From NCBI GenBank assembly GCA_036703325.1, contig DATNPI010000105.1:1-45055 (forward strand): a DNA stretch of 45,055 bases, read 5' to 3'. Numbering within the stretch: position 1 is the stretch's first letter; each line of letters starts with the position of its first letter. Source of the DNA: Coleofasciculaceae cyanobacterium (GTDB taxonomy: Bacteria > Cyanobacteriota > Cyanobacteriia > Cyanobacteriales > Coleofasciculaceae). Positions 18,103 through 26,501 of the stretch are shown here, piece after piece. A program made the position numbers and the translations under genes. The notes under the pieces are model-generated. The model saw nothing but the letters and a program-made list of their open reading frames with translations. It was not told the DNA's origin and did no database searches.

Positions 18103-18792
18103 ATGGAAAAAATCCAACCACACAATGACCCTATAACTTATAGCGCTAGGGGAAAAATATGTGGCATCTATCGACCCAGTTCAACAAACTTCCTCCAGGG
18201 GATTTTTCTAACAGATGATGGGCTAAAAATTCCAGCCCAACTCACTGATGAGGTAGCCACCAAACTTAATGCGAATCGTGACTTACTGAAAGTCGCTCAA
18301 ATTTGGAAGTGCTACCCACGTATTAATCCACCTTGGGTCATGTTGGTCATGTTGAAGAGTGAAGCACAGACCATTCAAGACTTGAAGCGGAAGGGGGTGA
18401 ATAGGTTCCGGATAGTCGGACAGGTTGAAAGTGTTAAAGACCAAGAAGTAACAGTACTAATTAAACGAAACGAATTGCTACCTACTGGGAAGGACTCAAC
18501 ATTTACCCTGACCCTTTTGGGAGATTTGCCAAGCGAAGCTATCAGGCAGTTTTGGCGGTTCAATGTACGGCGTGAGGGGTGGATCTGGACTATCACTTCA
18601 GCTACTTTTGTTGCTCCTTCACCGGAAGTACTGAAACAACAGCTTAGTCAAAGGAAGCGTGTTCTTAGTGTCAGGATTACGGAGAAAGAGTTTCAGGCTT
18701 TAGTTGCTTATGCTGAAAAACACGGCAAGAGCCAAACTAAGGTAGTTAGGGCGCTGATTCGGAAGTTACCAACTTATGAAACCGACCGTTAA
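18103..18792 (+). CDS. Hypothetical protein with a C-terminal ribbon-helix-helix (MobC/CopG-like) segment
   Basis: The track ORF starts at TTG 18076, and an ATG lies at 18103. The C-terminus RKRVLSVRITEKEFQALVAYAEKHGKSQTKVVRALIRKL fits the RHH pattern (beta strand, then helix, then G-x-S/T, then helix). Confidence 0.55.
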   Translation: MEKIQPHNDPITYSARGKICGIYRPSSTNFLQGIFLTDDGLKIPAQLTDEVATKLNANRDLLKVAQIWKCYPRINPPWVMLVMLKSEAQTIQDLKRKGVNRFRIVGQVESVKDQEVTVLIKRNELLPTGKDSTFTLTLLGDLPSEAIRQFWRFNVRREGWIWTITSATFVAPSPEVLKQQLSQRKRVLSVRITEKEFQALVAYAEKHGKSQTKVVRALIRKLPTYETDR

Positions 18793-18896
18793 TGGGTGTA
18801 TTCAGTCTATTTGGCAGTTGCGATAATTAACCATTAGCTATTAACAATTAACCGTGAATATCTAGCGTCCCCCAAGCAAAGTGGTATTAGCTAGTC

Positions 18897-19238
18897 TCAG
18901 CAAAACCGATTACCGTCAATCCCTAAATGGTTAAACAGGTCATTGAGTTCGCGCTTGCTCATCTGCTCTATATGTTCGTGGGTAAAGATGTAGGTAGCTC
19001 CGCGAATCTGACATTGAAGAGTAATATCTTTAAATCCCTCACCCACAAGAGCTCCAAGCCTTACCTCGTAAACTTTGAAAGTCAGAAATTTATCACGATT
19101 GTACTGGAGAGAAATTATTGTCTCCGAGGAATTTTTGATTTGCTGATAAAAATCGTCTGGAACAACAGAAAAAAAATCAGTGGCTTGGGGGTATAGAGCG
19201 ATAGTTGGCGGCATAATTCCTGTTTTTGTCGGACACAC
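18897..19238 (-). CDS. Hypothetical protein (AT-rich cassette, distal gene)
   Basis: The track ORF is 113 aa with a GTG start. An alternative ATG at 19214 gives MPPTIALYPQ. I recognise no motifs. Confidence 0.4.
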   Translation of the reverse strand: MCPTKTGIMPPTIALYPQATDFFSVVPDDFYQQIKNSSETIISLQYNRDKFLTFKVYEVRLGALVGEGFKDITLQCQIRGATYIFTHEHIEQMSKRELNDLFNHLGIDGNRFC

Positions 19239-19453
19239 TAAAACTTTTTGTCTTCATCTAGTGTGTCTTTATTTAGTTTTATATACCTGCGCCAAAGTTC
19301 GTAAGTCTTCTGCGTAAATATGCGTAAATCGCTGGCGATAAATTCTTTAATGTAATGTTTAACTTGCGTATAACTACCCAAACGACTGAAGGCTAAGTGA
19401 GTCGAGAGGTGTGCCATCTCCTGAAAATTGAGCAACCTCCCTCCCCCAATCAA
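19238..19453 (-). CDS. Hypothetical small helical protein (AT-rich cassette, proximal gene)
   Basis: The track ORF is 71 aa with a TTG start. An ATG at 19417 gives 59 aa. Its stop TAG overlaps the GTG of the next ORF by 1 nt. Confidence 0.3.
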   Translation of the reverse strand: MIGGGRLLNFQEMAHLSTHLAFSRLGSYTQVKHYIKEFIASDLRIFTQKTYELWRRYIKLNKDTLDEDKKF

Positions 19454-19740
19454 GCATCGCGTAAGAACGAGAGAGCGGCGGAGGCACGATTGTGAGCACT
19501 GTTCGACAGGGGAAAAGCCGGAACTCTACGAGACGATAGGACACTCGCCCAAGCGAGACTTCGTCAGATCTGGCAGTTTTGTCTACTCGTATAAAAATTG
19601 AATTCCTGAAGTGAGAGGCTATTTCAGTCGAAGATCACCCGTTTGGGTGACAATAAGCTGGCACGAAGGCAACGAGAGCGATAAGCACCATTATCCTGAT
19701 TCTCTCGGAAAGCCCTCCCCACGCTATTTGCAACGGTGAA

Positions 19741-20076
19741 ATGATGAATGCCTGGGAAATCAGCAAACGCCTTAGAGAATACAACACCCGATCGCACCCC
19801 AATCGCCCCCAGATGCCTCTGCTTGAGCTGGACGAAGACGAGATGGAAGTTTTTTGGAATTACTGGGAGCAACTCAAGGAAATTGGTGTGGATGTTACCG
19901 AAGACTATCTACAAGAAGCTCTAAACAGTAATCCTTGTAATATGGAGAACGCCATTCGTGTGCTACTTGAGTACAATAGCAAACCCCGACATACATGGGG
20001 CGACGAATACCACCCAACGAGATTTCTTGCCAAAGCTTTGAGAGATGGGTGGAAACCCTCTCAACTCAACTCTTAA
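19741..20076 (+). CDS. Hypothetical protein carrying the ...ALRDGWKP C-terminal module
   Basis: This ORF is 111 aa. NPCNMENAIRVLLEYNSK...PTRFLAKALRDGWKP aligns with NPQYLEDAIYAFYEASAK...ATGYLYNALRHGWKP of the 507-aa protein at 37117..38640. Confidence 0.5.
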   Translation: MMNAWEISKRLREYNTRSHPNRPQMPLLELDEDEMEVFWNYWEQLKEIGVDVTEDYLQEALNSNPCNMENAIRVLLEYNSKPRHTWGDEYHPTRFLAKALRDGWKPSQLNS

Positions 20077-20118
20077 ATTACCTAGGCTGTCAATCTTAGG
20101 AGTTTGCCAAAACTATGC

Positions 20119-20517
20119 TCAAGCGTGTTTCGAGCCGTCCGGCATAGTGGCTTTCTCCAGGCTGGTATTAGTCAAGTTGGCTCCCCTCAGGTTGGCTCCC
20201 CTCAGGTTGGCTTTCTCTAGGTCAGCTCCCATCAGGTTAGCTTCTGATAGGTTGGCTATCCCCAAGTCGGCTTTCTCCAGGTCGGCATCAGTCAGGTTGG
20301 CTCCCGTCAGGTTGGCTCCCTTGAGGTTGGCTCTCTCCAAGTCGGCTCCCATCAGGTTGGCTCCCGTCAGGACGGCTTCAGATAGGTCACAATCTTTGCA
20401 TTGGTTGGTTGACTGCAACTCGGTCAAAGAAGCTTGATTAAAAGCATAAGCAGGAGCTGTTGCCAACCCGAATAAAACCGAAACGACGACGACTACTAGG
20501 ACAAAAAACCGTTTCAT
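20119..20517 (-). CDS. Secreted pentapeptide-repeat protein
   Basis: The signal peptide is [25 protein letters not shown]. Tandem A(D/N)LXX pentapeptides follow ([33 protein letters not shown]...). The ATG at 20517 is preceded by AAGGAG with 8-nt spacing. The track start is a GTG at 20526. Confidence 0.9.
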   Translation of the reverse strand: MKRFFVLVVVVVSVLFGLATAPAYAFNQASLTELQSTNQCKDCDLSEAVLTGANLMGADLERANLKGANLTGANLTDADLEKADLGIANLSEANLMGADLEKANLRGANLRGANLTNTSLEKATMPDGSKHA

Positions 20518-20895
20518 GCGATACACTCCTTATCTGAATTGGTCTGTGGAAGGATTAACTTCACTATAGGGAGCGGGCTTAATCAAAACAAACGTTATTT
20601 TTTTTGGAATCGATAAATAAAGCTGATTTAAAAGGGATTGTAGAGCGAAAGCGCTTTGCGCTTTCTAGAGTCCGCGCCACGATCAAGGCTGTCACAGGTC
20701 GGATAATCGGAGTCAGGCTCTAGAAGAGTTCGAGGCATTTATTAAAGGCATTTGTTAGAGGCAGCGATCGCGCCTTTTTCCCCCAATTGATGTAAAATCA
20801 TCCCATTAATCGAATAACGCGCCCCGGTCAGGTGTTAGCGCACCTACCCAGGACGACTTCCCCTCCCATGCAACAACCATGAAAGGAGCCATCTT

Positions 20896-21220
20896 ATGGT
20901 GTCAAATAATCAGCGAAACCACCAGTCTATAAGCATTCCAGCCGATTGGGCCAACCCGAAATTTCACTCCCGGTCAGCGCATCCAAGCTCTAACCATCCT
21001 CCCCGAGACAACACGGATTCAAACCGGGGAGATTTCAGGCATCGAATACATCAAACCCGATAGTGTTTGGGTGACTCAGCACCGACTCAAACCCGGCTGG
21101 TATTACTCCGTCGAAATCGATGCCGATGACGCCTGGTATGCTCTCGCCCCCATCGTGTGCGTAGAAGAATCAGACATCTGGTTAATCAACTCTGTGACAA
21201 CAGCCCCTGCCCGGCGGTAG
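20896..21220 (+). pseudogene. Small ORF (~107 aa) interrupted by a 1-nt frameshift
   Basis: AAGGAG lies 8 nt upstream of the ATG at 20896. Frame A reads MVSNNQRNHQSISIPADWANPKF. The protein-like sequence then continues in the +1 frame to the TAG at 21218-21220: TPGQRIQALTILPETTRIQTGEISGIEYIKPDSVWVTQHRLKPGWYYSVEIDADDAWYALAPIVCVEESDIWLIN. The total span is 325 nt, which is 3n+1. Confidence 0.4.
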
Positions 21221-21545
21221 GGGTTTCGTCGGCTTGAGGGTAATTCCTCAAGACCTCTCCCCCAACCCCTCCCCTCCCTGTGTCGGGGATCTTGAGCTTC
21301 CCGGCGTCAGGCTCCCCCTTGCCGCACTTCCTGCCGCTTTCGCGCGCCGTCTTTAAGCAAGGAAGTGAGAGCGAGGAGCTGGGGGGTTAGGTCTTTGTTG
21401 TTCCCCCTCGCCTACGACAAAGCCCCCTGTAATCGCAGTGCGTGCTTCATCACCTAAAAATTTTCAACGGAGAAAACAGTGAAAACCTGGTGGATTAAGA
21501 GACTTCCAGGTTTTCACGGCCCACTCTCCCCTCACAGGAGAAGCG

Positions 21546-21682
21546 ATGACTTATTGGACAAGAAAACACAACAAATTCAGCGTACAGAACCGACTCACCC
21601 CTACCGCCCGAGAGCTTTGGCAGTGGCTCCTCGACGAAATCTCCTCGGGAAGCCATGAAATCATCGACCTGAGAGACTTCAA
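21546..21682 (+). pseudogene. 5' fragment of a wHTH-like gene split by the IS200/IS605 insertion
   Basis: It reads MTYWTRKHNKFSVQNRLTPTARELWQWLLDEISSGSHEIIDLRDF. The remainder of track ORF 21546..21884 is read-through into the IS left end. Confidence 0.7.
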
Positions 21683-21761
21683 CGTGTCGCGAGAGTCCCC
21701 AGGTTCAGCGAAGCAACCTGGGGAGGGAGAGCGGTTCGAGGCAGGTACCTGCGTCGAACAA

Positions 21762-22184
21762 TTACTCTTGCGGTACTTCTTGAGATTTTATATAAGCCTT
21801 AACTCTTTCGATAGGTGCGCCGCCAGTGGACGCCACATAATAAGAACCAGACCAAAAAGCAGGTTCTTTATAAACCTTGGCTAATACAGACGCAAACTCT
21901 TTTTGGATAATCCGGCTTGAACCAGACTTCATGCTCCCGATTAAGGAGGACAAACGGTTGTCTGGGTGAAAATCCACCAGTAAATGAACGTGGTCAGCTT
22001 CACCAGAAAACTCGGTAAGCTGACATTTTGTTTTGATACAGATATTGGTGAATATTTCCTTGAGTCTTTCTAGCATTGCGGTAGTGATAACTTTGCGACG
22101 ATATTTAGTCACAAACACCATATGCAGTTGAATCGAAAATACGGAATGCGAACCTTTCCTTGGTTGCACTTGACATACCCCCAC
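21762..22184 (-). CDS. tnpA: IS200/IS605-family Y1 (HUH) transposase TnpA
   Basis: This ORF is 140 aa. It has KGSHSVFSIQLHMVFVTKYRR, the HUH motif HVHLLV, and a C-terminal catalytic-Tyr region RVKAYIKSQE. Confidence 0.9.
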   Translation of the reverse strand: MGVCQVQPRKGSHSVFSIQLHMVFVTKYRRKVITTAMLERLKEIFTNICIKTKCQLTEFSGEADHVHLLVDFHPDNRLSSLIGSMKSGSSRIIQKEFASVLAKVYKEPAFWSGSYYVASTGGAPIERVKAYIKSQEVPQE

Positions 22185-22224
22185 CTGAATAAGAGAGAAC
22201 TAGATTAACAAGAGGAAACAGCAA

Positions 22225-23541
22225 ATGCCAGTTCGACGTGTAACTTTTCGGCTATACCCCAATAAAAAGCAAGAGCAAACATTGCGGTATCACCGGAAGT
22301 TGCACAAAGACTTGTACAATTGTGCTGTCTCTAATCGTTTTACCCAGTATCAAAAGTTTGGTCACAAAGTTGACTACTTTGAACAACAGAACTCTTTACC
22401 AGCTTTTAAAGAAGTTTGGACTGAGTACAAAGAGTGTAACGGCATGACCTTGCAAGCGACGTTGAAGCGTGTTGATTTTGCCTTTGGGCGTTGGTTTAAG
22501 GGATTGGGTAAACGCCCAAAGTACAAGTCAATTCGCCATTATAGTGGTTGGACTTATCCTAGTAAAACAGGTTGGAAAGCACATACAACTGGTGATAATG
22601 GCTATTTAGAGCTAGCCAAAATCGGTTGTATACAGATGCGCTTTAAAGCCCGGACTTGGGGTAAACCGACTACTTGTACAATCGTCTATCGCAATGGCAA
22701 ATGGTACGCTTCCATTACCGTTGAAGTGGAAGAAATTGTCAGAATCACCGACAAGGGTGCGGTTGGTATTGATTTTGGCTGCAAATCTGCATTAGCGATT
22801 ACGGATGGCGAGACTCATTGTTTTTTAGAAGCACCTGAGTTTCTCCGAAAAGCTGAGGCAAAAATTAAATGTCTCTCCAGGGGTAAACGCCGCAAGGTGG
22901 CACCCAACAGAAAAAAGAAACAGAAAGCTTCTAGTCGCTGGAAGAAGGTTCAGGCAAAAATTAGCAAAACAACTAAGAAAGTTGCCAATCAACGTCAGAA
23001 CTGGGCACACCAAGTTGCATCAGATATTGTTCGCTGTAATAGCTTCGTTGCAACTGAAAAGCTAGAAGTTAACAAGATGACCAGAAAAGCCAAAAAGGGC
23101 AAGCGGAGAAAACAAAAAGCAGGTCTAAATAAGTCTATTTTGGATGTTGGTTTTGGGATGTTAAGGTCAGCTATTGAGTACAAAGTTATCGAAGCTGGTG
23201 GTGTATTTGTCGAGGTTCCAACCAAGACCGTGAAGCCATCCCAAACCTGTCCTGTCTGCGGAAATCAGTACAAGAAAACACTGGATGAAAGAGTTCATCA
23301 TTGTAAGATGTGTGATTTCACAATGGATAGAGACTTAGCTGCTGCGCTTGTTATGCTTTTGTGGCCACAAGGTAAATTGCCGGGGTTTGAAACGAGCCTC
23401 GTAGGCGTCGATGTCGCTAGCTCTACTTCTGATACCTGTAAGCGCAAGCAAACAGGAAGTCAGAAGCAACTGGGGCAAATGAAGCGCCAGAAATCATCAC
23501 TTACTGGGTTGGATGCAAAAACCAGCCCTTCCACGAAGTAA
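22225..23541 (+). CDS. tnpB: TnpB (IS605 OrfB) RNA-guided endonuclease family protein
   Basis: This ORF is 438 aa. RuvC-I is AVGIDFG, RuvC-II is FVATEKLEVNKM, and RuvC-III is DRDLAAA. The zinc finger is CPVCGN...HHCKMCDF. All catalytic positions appear intact. Confidence 0.9.
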   Translation: MPVRRVTFRLYPNKKQEQTLRYHRKLHKDLYNCAVSNRFTQYQKFGHKVDYFEQQNSLPAFKEVWTEYKECNGMTLQATLKRVDFAFGRWFKGLGKRPKYKSIRHYSGWTYPSKTGWKAHTTGDNGYLELAKIGCIQMRFKARTWGKPTTCTIVYRNGKWYASITVEVEEIVRITDKGAVGIDFGCKSALAITDGETHCFLEAPEFLRKAEAKIKCLSRGKRRKVAPNRKKKQKASSRWKKVQAKISKTTKKVANQRQNWAHQVASDIVRCNSFVATEKLEVNKMTRKAKKGKRRKQKAGLNKSILDVGFGMLRSAIEYKVIEAGGVFVEVPTKTVKPSQTCPVCGNQYKKTLDERVHHCKMCDFTMDRDLAAALVMLLWPQGKLPGFETSLVGVDVASSTSDTCKRKQTGSQKQLGQMKRQKSSLTGLDAKTSPSTK

Positions 23542-23575
23542 GGGCTGGTAGTTTATCAAATGGGTCAAACGAACA
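23400..23575 (+). ncRNA. Predicted TnpB omega-RNA (reRNA): scaffold over the tnpB 3' end and right end, with the guide read from flanking DNA
   Basis: This is inferred from the known architecture of TnpB elements and is not seen directly. The right-end hairpin at 23522-23548 would be part of the scaffold. The guide would start at the element boundary (23560 ATGGGTCAAACGAACA). The 5' limit is a guess. Confidence 0.35.
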
Positions 23576-24142
23576 CGCGGTTTTCCCCACGATCCCAAAA
23601 CCGTAAAAAGTGCCGCCAAACAGCTTTTGGACAAAGGAGTACTCACCCATGCCAAAAGCTACACCGCCTACGTCTGGAAGTGCACGCTTCAACCGATTTA
23701 TGTACTGATACCCCCCGTTTCTCTAACGAGAGAGAAAAAATCGGTTCAACAGCCACCAATTCCCGGTTTAGCCCCCTCAAACCCGCAGTCACTAACAGAC
23801 CCCGATATAACAACAACAACAGTATTAGAAGATAGCCAAGCTAGCGAGTTTGAACAAAAATTAGAAGCTTGCCAAAAAGCCGGAATTTACTACCACCCAA
23901 AGGACGGTACATTTCTGCGTAAGTTTTCGTTCCAGGAAGTCCTCAAAGCGATTGGATACTTCCTGTTCAACCGTGAAGGAGTTCGCCAACCCGAGGGTTG
24001 GTTCCGAGTCTGTCTAGAAGACAATTGGGCAGAAAAAGAACAACAACGGCAACAACAGAGAGACCAGTGGTCTACTGAGGGCTTATTTGAGGCTATCCGC
24101 TATTGCAATCAAATGATGGGGGGGGTAGTGCAACAGGAGTAA
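23560..24142 (+). pseudogene. 3' fragment of the wHTH-like gene split by the IS
   Basis: The frame of track ORF 23627..24142 is open back to 23552. It reads (K)WVKRTRGFPHDPKTVKSAAKQLLDKGVLTHAKSYTAYVWKCTLQPI... and ends ...QPEGWFRVCLEDNWAEKEQQRQQQ. Confidence 0.7.
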
Positions 24143-24155
24143 GAGATAAACACAG

Positions 24156-24190
24156 CAAAAAGCGCCCCCCTTTCAGGGAGCGCTCTTTAT
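24156..24190 (-). terminator. Intrinsic terminator downstream of psbA (bidirectional hairpin)
   Basis: On the minus strand it reads AGCGCTCCC-TGAAA-GGGGGGCGCT followed by TTTTTG. The stem spans 24161-24184, ~50 bp past the psbA stop. Confidence 0.6.
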
Positions 24191-24232
24191 CGGTCTAGAT
24201 TTTGACAGATTGCTAGTCGCTAATTGCTCAGA

Positions 24233-25315
24233 TTAACCGTTGATAACAGGAGCAGTTAGAGCCACAGGAGTCGCTTCACCAGCCGCCAAATCGAGGGGGA
24301 AGTTGTGAGCATTACGCTCGTGCATCACTTCAAATCCCAAGTTGGCGCGGTTGAGCACATCAGCCCAGGTGTTAATCACACGACCTTGTGAGTCGATGAT
24401 TGACTGGTTGAAGTTGAATCCGTTCAGGTTGAACGCCATCGTGCTGATGCCTAAGGAGGTAAACCAGATGCCAATCACAGGCCAGGCAGCTAGGAAGAAG
24501 TGCAAGCTACGGCTGTTGTTGAAGCTAGCGTATTGGAATATCAACCGACCGAAGTAACCGTGTGCTGCCACGATGTTGTAGGTTTCTTCTTCTTGTCCGA
24601 ACTTGTAACCGTAGTTTTGTGATTCGGTTTCGGTTGTTTCACGTACCAGAGAAGAAGTCACTAGAGAACCGTGCATTGCACTGAACAATGAACCGCCGAA
24701 TACTCCAGCTACACCGAGTTGGTGGAACGGGTGCATCAGGATGTTGTGCTCCGCTTGGAACACGAACATGAAGTTGAATGTTCCCGAAATGCCTAGTGGC
24801 ATGCCATCGCTGAATGAACCTTGTCCGATTGGGTAAATCAGGAACACGGCGGTTGCTGCTGCTACTGGTGCGCTGTAAGCTACGGCAATCCATGGACGCA
24901 TTCCTAAGCGGTAGGATAGTTCCCACTCACGTCCCATGTAGCAGAATACGCCAATCAGGAAGTGGAATATCACTAGCTGGTAGGGTCCACCGTTGTAGAG
25001 CCATTCGTCTAAGCTAGCTGCTTCCCAGATTGGGTAGAAGTGCAACCCAATCGCGTTGGATGACGGTACAACTGCTCCACTGATGATGTTGTTGCCATAC
25101 ATCAGCGAGCCGGCTACTGGCTCACGGATGCCATCGATGTCTACTGGAGGCGCTGCGATGAAGGCGATGATGAAGCACGTTGTGGCGGTTAACAGGGTGG
25201 GTATCATCAACACGCCGAACCAGCCGATGTACAGGCGGTTGTTTGTGCTGGTAATCCACTGGCAGAACCGATCCCATAGGGAGGCACTTTCAGTGCGCTG
25301 TAGTGTGGTTGTCAT
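24233..25315 (-). CDS. psbA: Photosystem II reaction-centre protein D1
   Basis: The 360-aa sequence is unmistakably D1 ([42 protein letters not shown]...[26 protein letters not shown]...[13 protein letters not shown]). It has a 16-aa C-terminal extension. Residue 130 is Glu, G80, F158 and T286 are canonical. Confidence 0.98.
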   Translation of the reverse strand: MTTTLQRTESASLWDRFCQWITSTNNRLYIGWFGVLMIPTLLTATTCFIIAFIAAPPVDIDGIREPVAGSLMYGNNIISGAVVPSSNAIGLHFYPIWEAASLDEWLYNGGPYQLVIFHFLIGVFCYMGREWELSYRLGMRPWIAVAYSAPVAAATAVFLIYPIGQGSFSDGMPLGISGTFNFMFVFQAEHNILMHPFHQLGVAGVFGGSLFSAMHGSLVTSSLVRETTETESQNYGYKFGQEEETYNIVAAHGYFGRLIFQYASFNNSRSLHFFLAAWPVIGIWFTSLGISTMAFNLNGFNFNQSIIDSQGRVINTWADVLNRANLGFEVMHERNAHNFPLDLAAGEATPVALTAPVING

Positions 25316-25365
25316 TGTTTTATGAGTGCTGTTGACTTGTTAAGTCGGAATTTGATGATGTCTTT

Positions 25366-25395
25366 ACAATACGTGACTTGTTTAAGTTTTGTAAA
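25366..25395 (-). promoter_or_regulatory. Candidate sigma70-type psbA promoter
   Basis: On the minus strand, TTTACA (25395-25390) and TATTGT (25371-25366) are 18 nt apart. This would give a ~45-nt leader before the ATG at 25315. The call rests on motifs only. Confidence 0.35.
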
Positions 25396-25741
25396 GCTTT
25401 CTCACAACAGCTTTCCTGATGGCACTGATAAGGCTGGCTGATAACAGAAGCAGAGGAGACGGGCGGCTTTATAAAGATAGAGAAATTTCTCAGGGTCGAA
25501 AGGGCGAACGGACGGTGCAAGGGAATTGGGCAACTACTCCCACAACCAAACACAGCACTTTTGAGATACCTTGACTGAAGGTTTTCCCCAACACAGAGTC
25601 TTCAACTAGGCTTTATTCTCTCTTTGCAAGAATTGAGGCACTATTGATCCATGAGGAAAAGAACAGGAGTGAAATCCTGGAAAGGAGCGCTCAAGTTCTA
25701 CTCAAGAGTGACATTACACAGCATGGCAGGAGTGGAAGACT

Positions 25742-25951
25742 ATGCCTATTTCTCCCCGTAGAGTATATTCCCAGCTCAGAAAACTAGACCGGGTTGACAT
25801 CACGACCAGTGCAGTAACCCGTGAGCTGGCACAAGATATTCTGGCTAACCCAGACATCAGCTTAGCAATGAGGCAGGCGATCGCTGATCGCTTGCACAGT
25901 GCAAATAACCGATTGGGAATGCAATCAACGGCTGAAGAAGACAGCTACTGA
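25742..25951 (+). CDS. Small hypothetical protein
   Basis: This 69-aa ATG ORF is followed by a hairpin (25996-26029). I recognise no motifs. Confidence 0.35.
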   Translation: MPISPRRVYSQLRKLDRVDITTSAVTRELAQDILANPDISLAMRQAIADRLHSANNRLGMQSTAEEDSY

Positions 25952-26237
25952 TAAGTTTTATTTCCGATAAGAGCTAAATGTAGCGAACAGGTAACCAGGG
26001 GCAATGAAATTCATAAAACCATTGCCCTGTCAGGCTTTGCTCTTGGTTGTCGAGGCAAGCCCAAAAACTGGAATTTTGGCCTTTGCAGACACGCCCTAAA
26101 GCGATCGCTCTAGGGCAAGATAACAAACTCAGGACGAGCCCTTCATTGAGATTTGTTACAGTCGAGCTGGGATTTGTAAAGACTTTATAACTATTTTTAA
26201 TGAATCTTCAGGAGAGGATTAGAGTATATCTACCTAA

Positions 26238-26501
26238 TTGTTACTAAATCTTTATAAAAGAAAAGTGTCTTCTCTCCCCTGTTTAAAGCCACCCCAGGTT
26301 CACCTCATCCCTGGCGCTCTCTCTGAGTTATTCGCTCAAGTTACTAGCTCAGGTCAAATTACACTGGCAGACCGATATGGGCTGATGGCAGCCTTGCTAG
26401 AGGAAGAACTCGCCTCTCAAGAGAGAGCATCAATTGACAGGCTACTACATGCATTGAGACGGGGATGGCTGAAGGTAGTGCCTGAGATTTCAGCTAGATA
26501 A
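26238..26501 (+). CDS. Small conserved hypothetical protein (paralogue of 17810..18034)
   Basis: The track ORF is 87 aa with a TTG start, and the true start is uncertain. The C-terminal ~50 aa align with the 74-aa ORF at 17810. Confidence 0.45.
   Translation: MLLNLYKRKVSSLPCLKPPQVHLIPGALSELFAQVTSSGQITLADRYGLMAALLEEELASQERASIDRLLHALRRGWLKVVPEISAR

Larger units (their letters stand above)
21683..23559 (+). mobile_element. Complete IS200/IS605-family element with divergent tnpA and tnpB (IS605-type organisation)
   Basis: It has no terminal inverted repeats. The left subterminal hairpin is CCCCAGGTT-CAGCGAAGC-AACCTGGGG (21697-21723). The right one is CCAGCCCTT-CCACGAAGT-AAGGGCTGG (23522-23548). 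Both have 9-bp stems and 9-nt loops that share CGAAG. The left flank ends in TTCAA and the element ends in TATCAA. Removing 21683-23559 restores the host ORF in frame. The boundaries are uncertain by 1-3 nt. Confidence 0.8.

Noticed and set aside
19454-19740. GC-richer ORF-free stretch with small stems (GACGA..CTCGC-CCAA-GCGAG..TCGTC at ~19541-19565; TCACCC-GTTT-GGGTGA at ~19635-19650), considered as a structured ncRNA (retron msr/msd, group II intron fragment, RNase P, tmRNA)
   Set aside because: I recognise no consensus elements of any of those RNAs, and no reverse transcriptase is nearby. The stems are short enough to occur by chance. I left it unannotated.
20045-20437. 130-aa plus-strand ORF with repetitive LAPLRLAP / SAPIRLA sequence
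   Set aside because: It is the antisense reading of the pentapeptide-repeat gene (20119..20517, minus). The periodic repeat keeps the opposite strand open. The minus-strand gene has a signal peptide, an RBS and canonical A(D/N)LXX repeats.
21683-21884. C-terminal two thirds of track ORF 21546..21884
   Set aside because: This stretch is read-through from the disrupted host gene into the IS605 left end, and it overlaps tnpA on the opposite strand. It is not a real protein tail.
23560-23835. 91-aa ORF MGQTNTRFSPRSQNRKK...
   Set aside because: It is out of frame with the well-supported continuation of the split wHTH gene and has basic, low-complexity composition.
24342-25553. Short ORFs overlapping psbA or its leader (24342..24557, 24639..24926, 24814..25017, 25056..25325, 25320..25553)
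   Set aside because: They are alternative-frame or antisense readings of a highly conserved gene and its 5' region.
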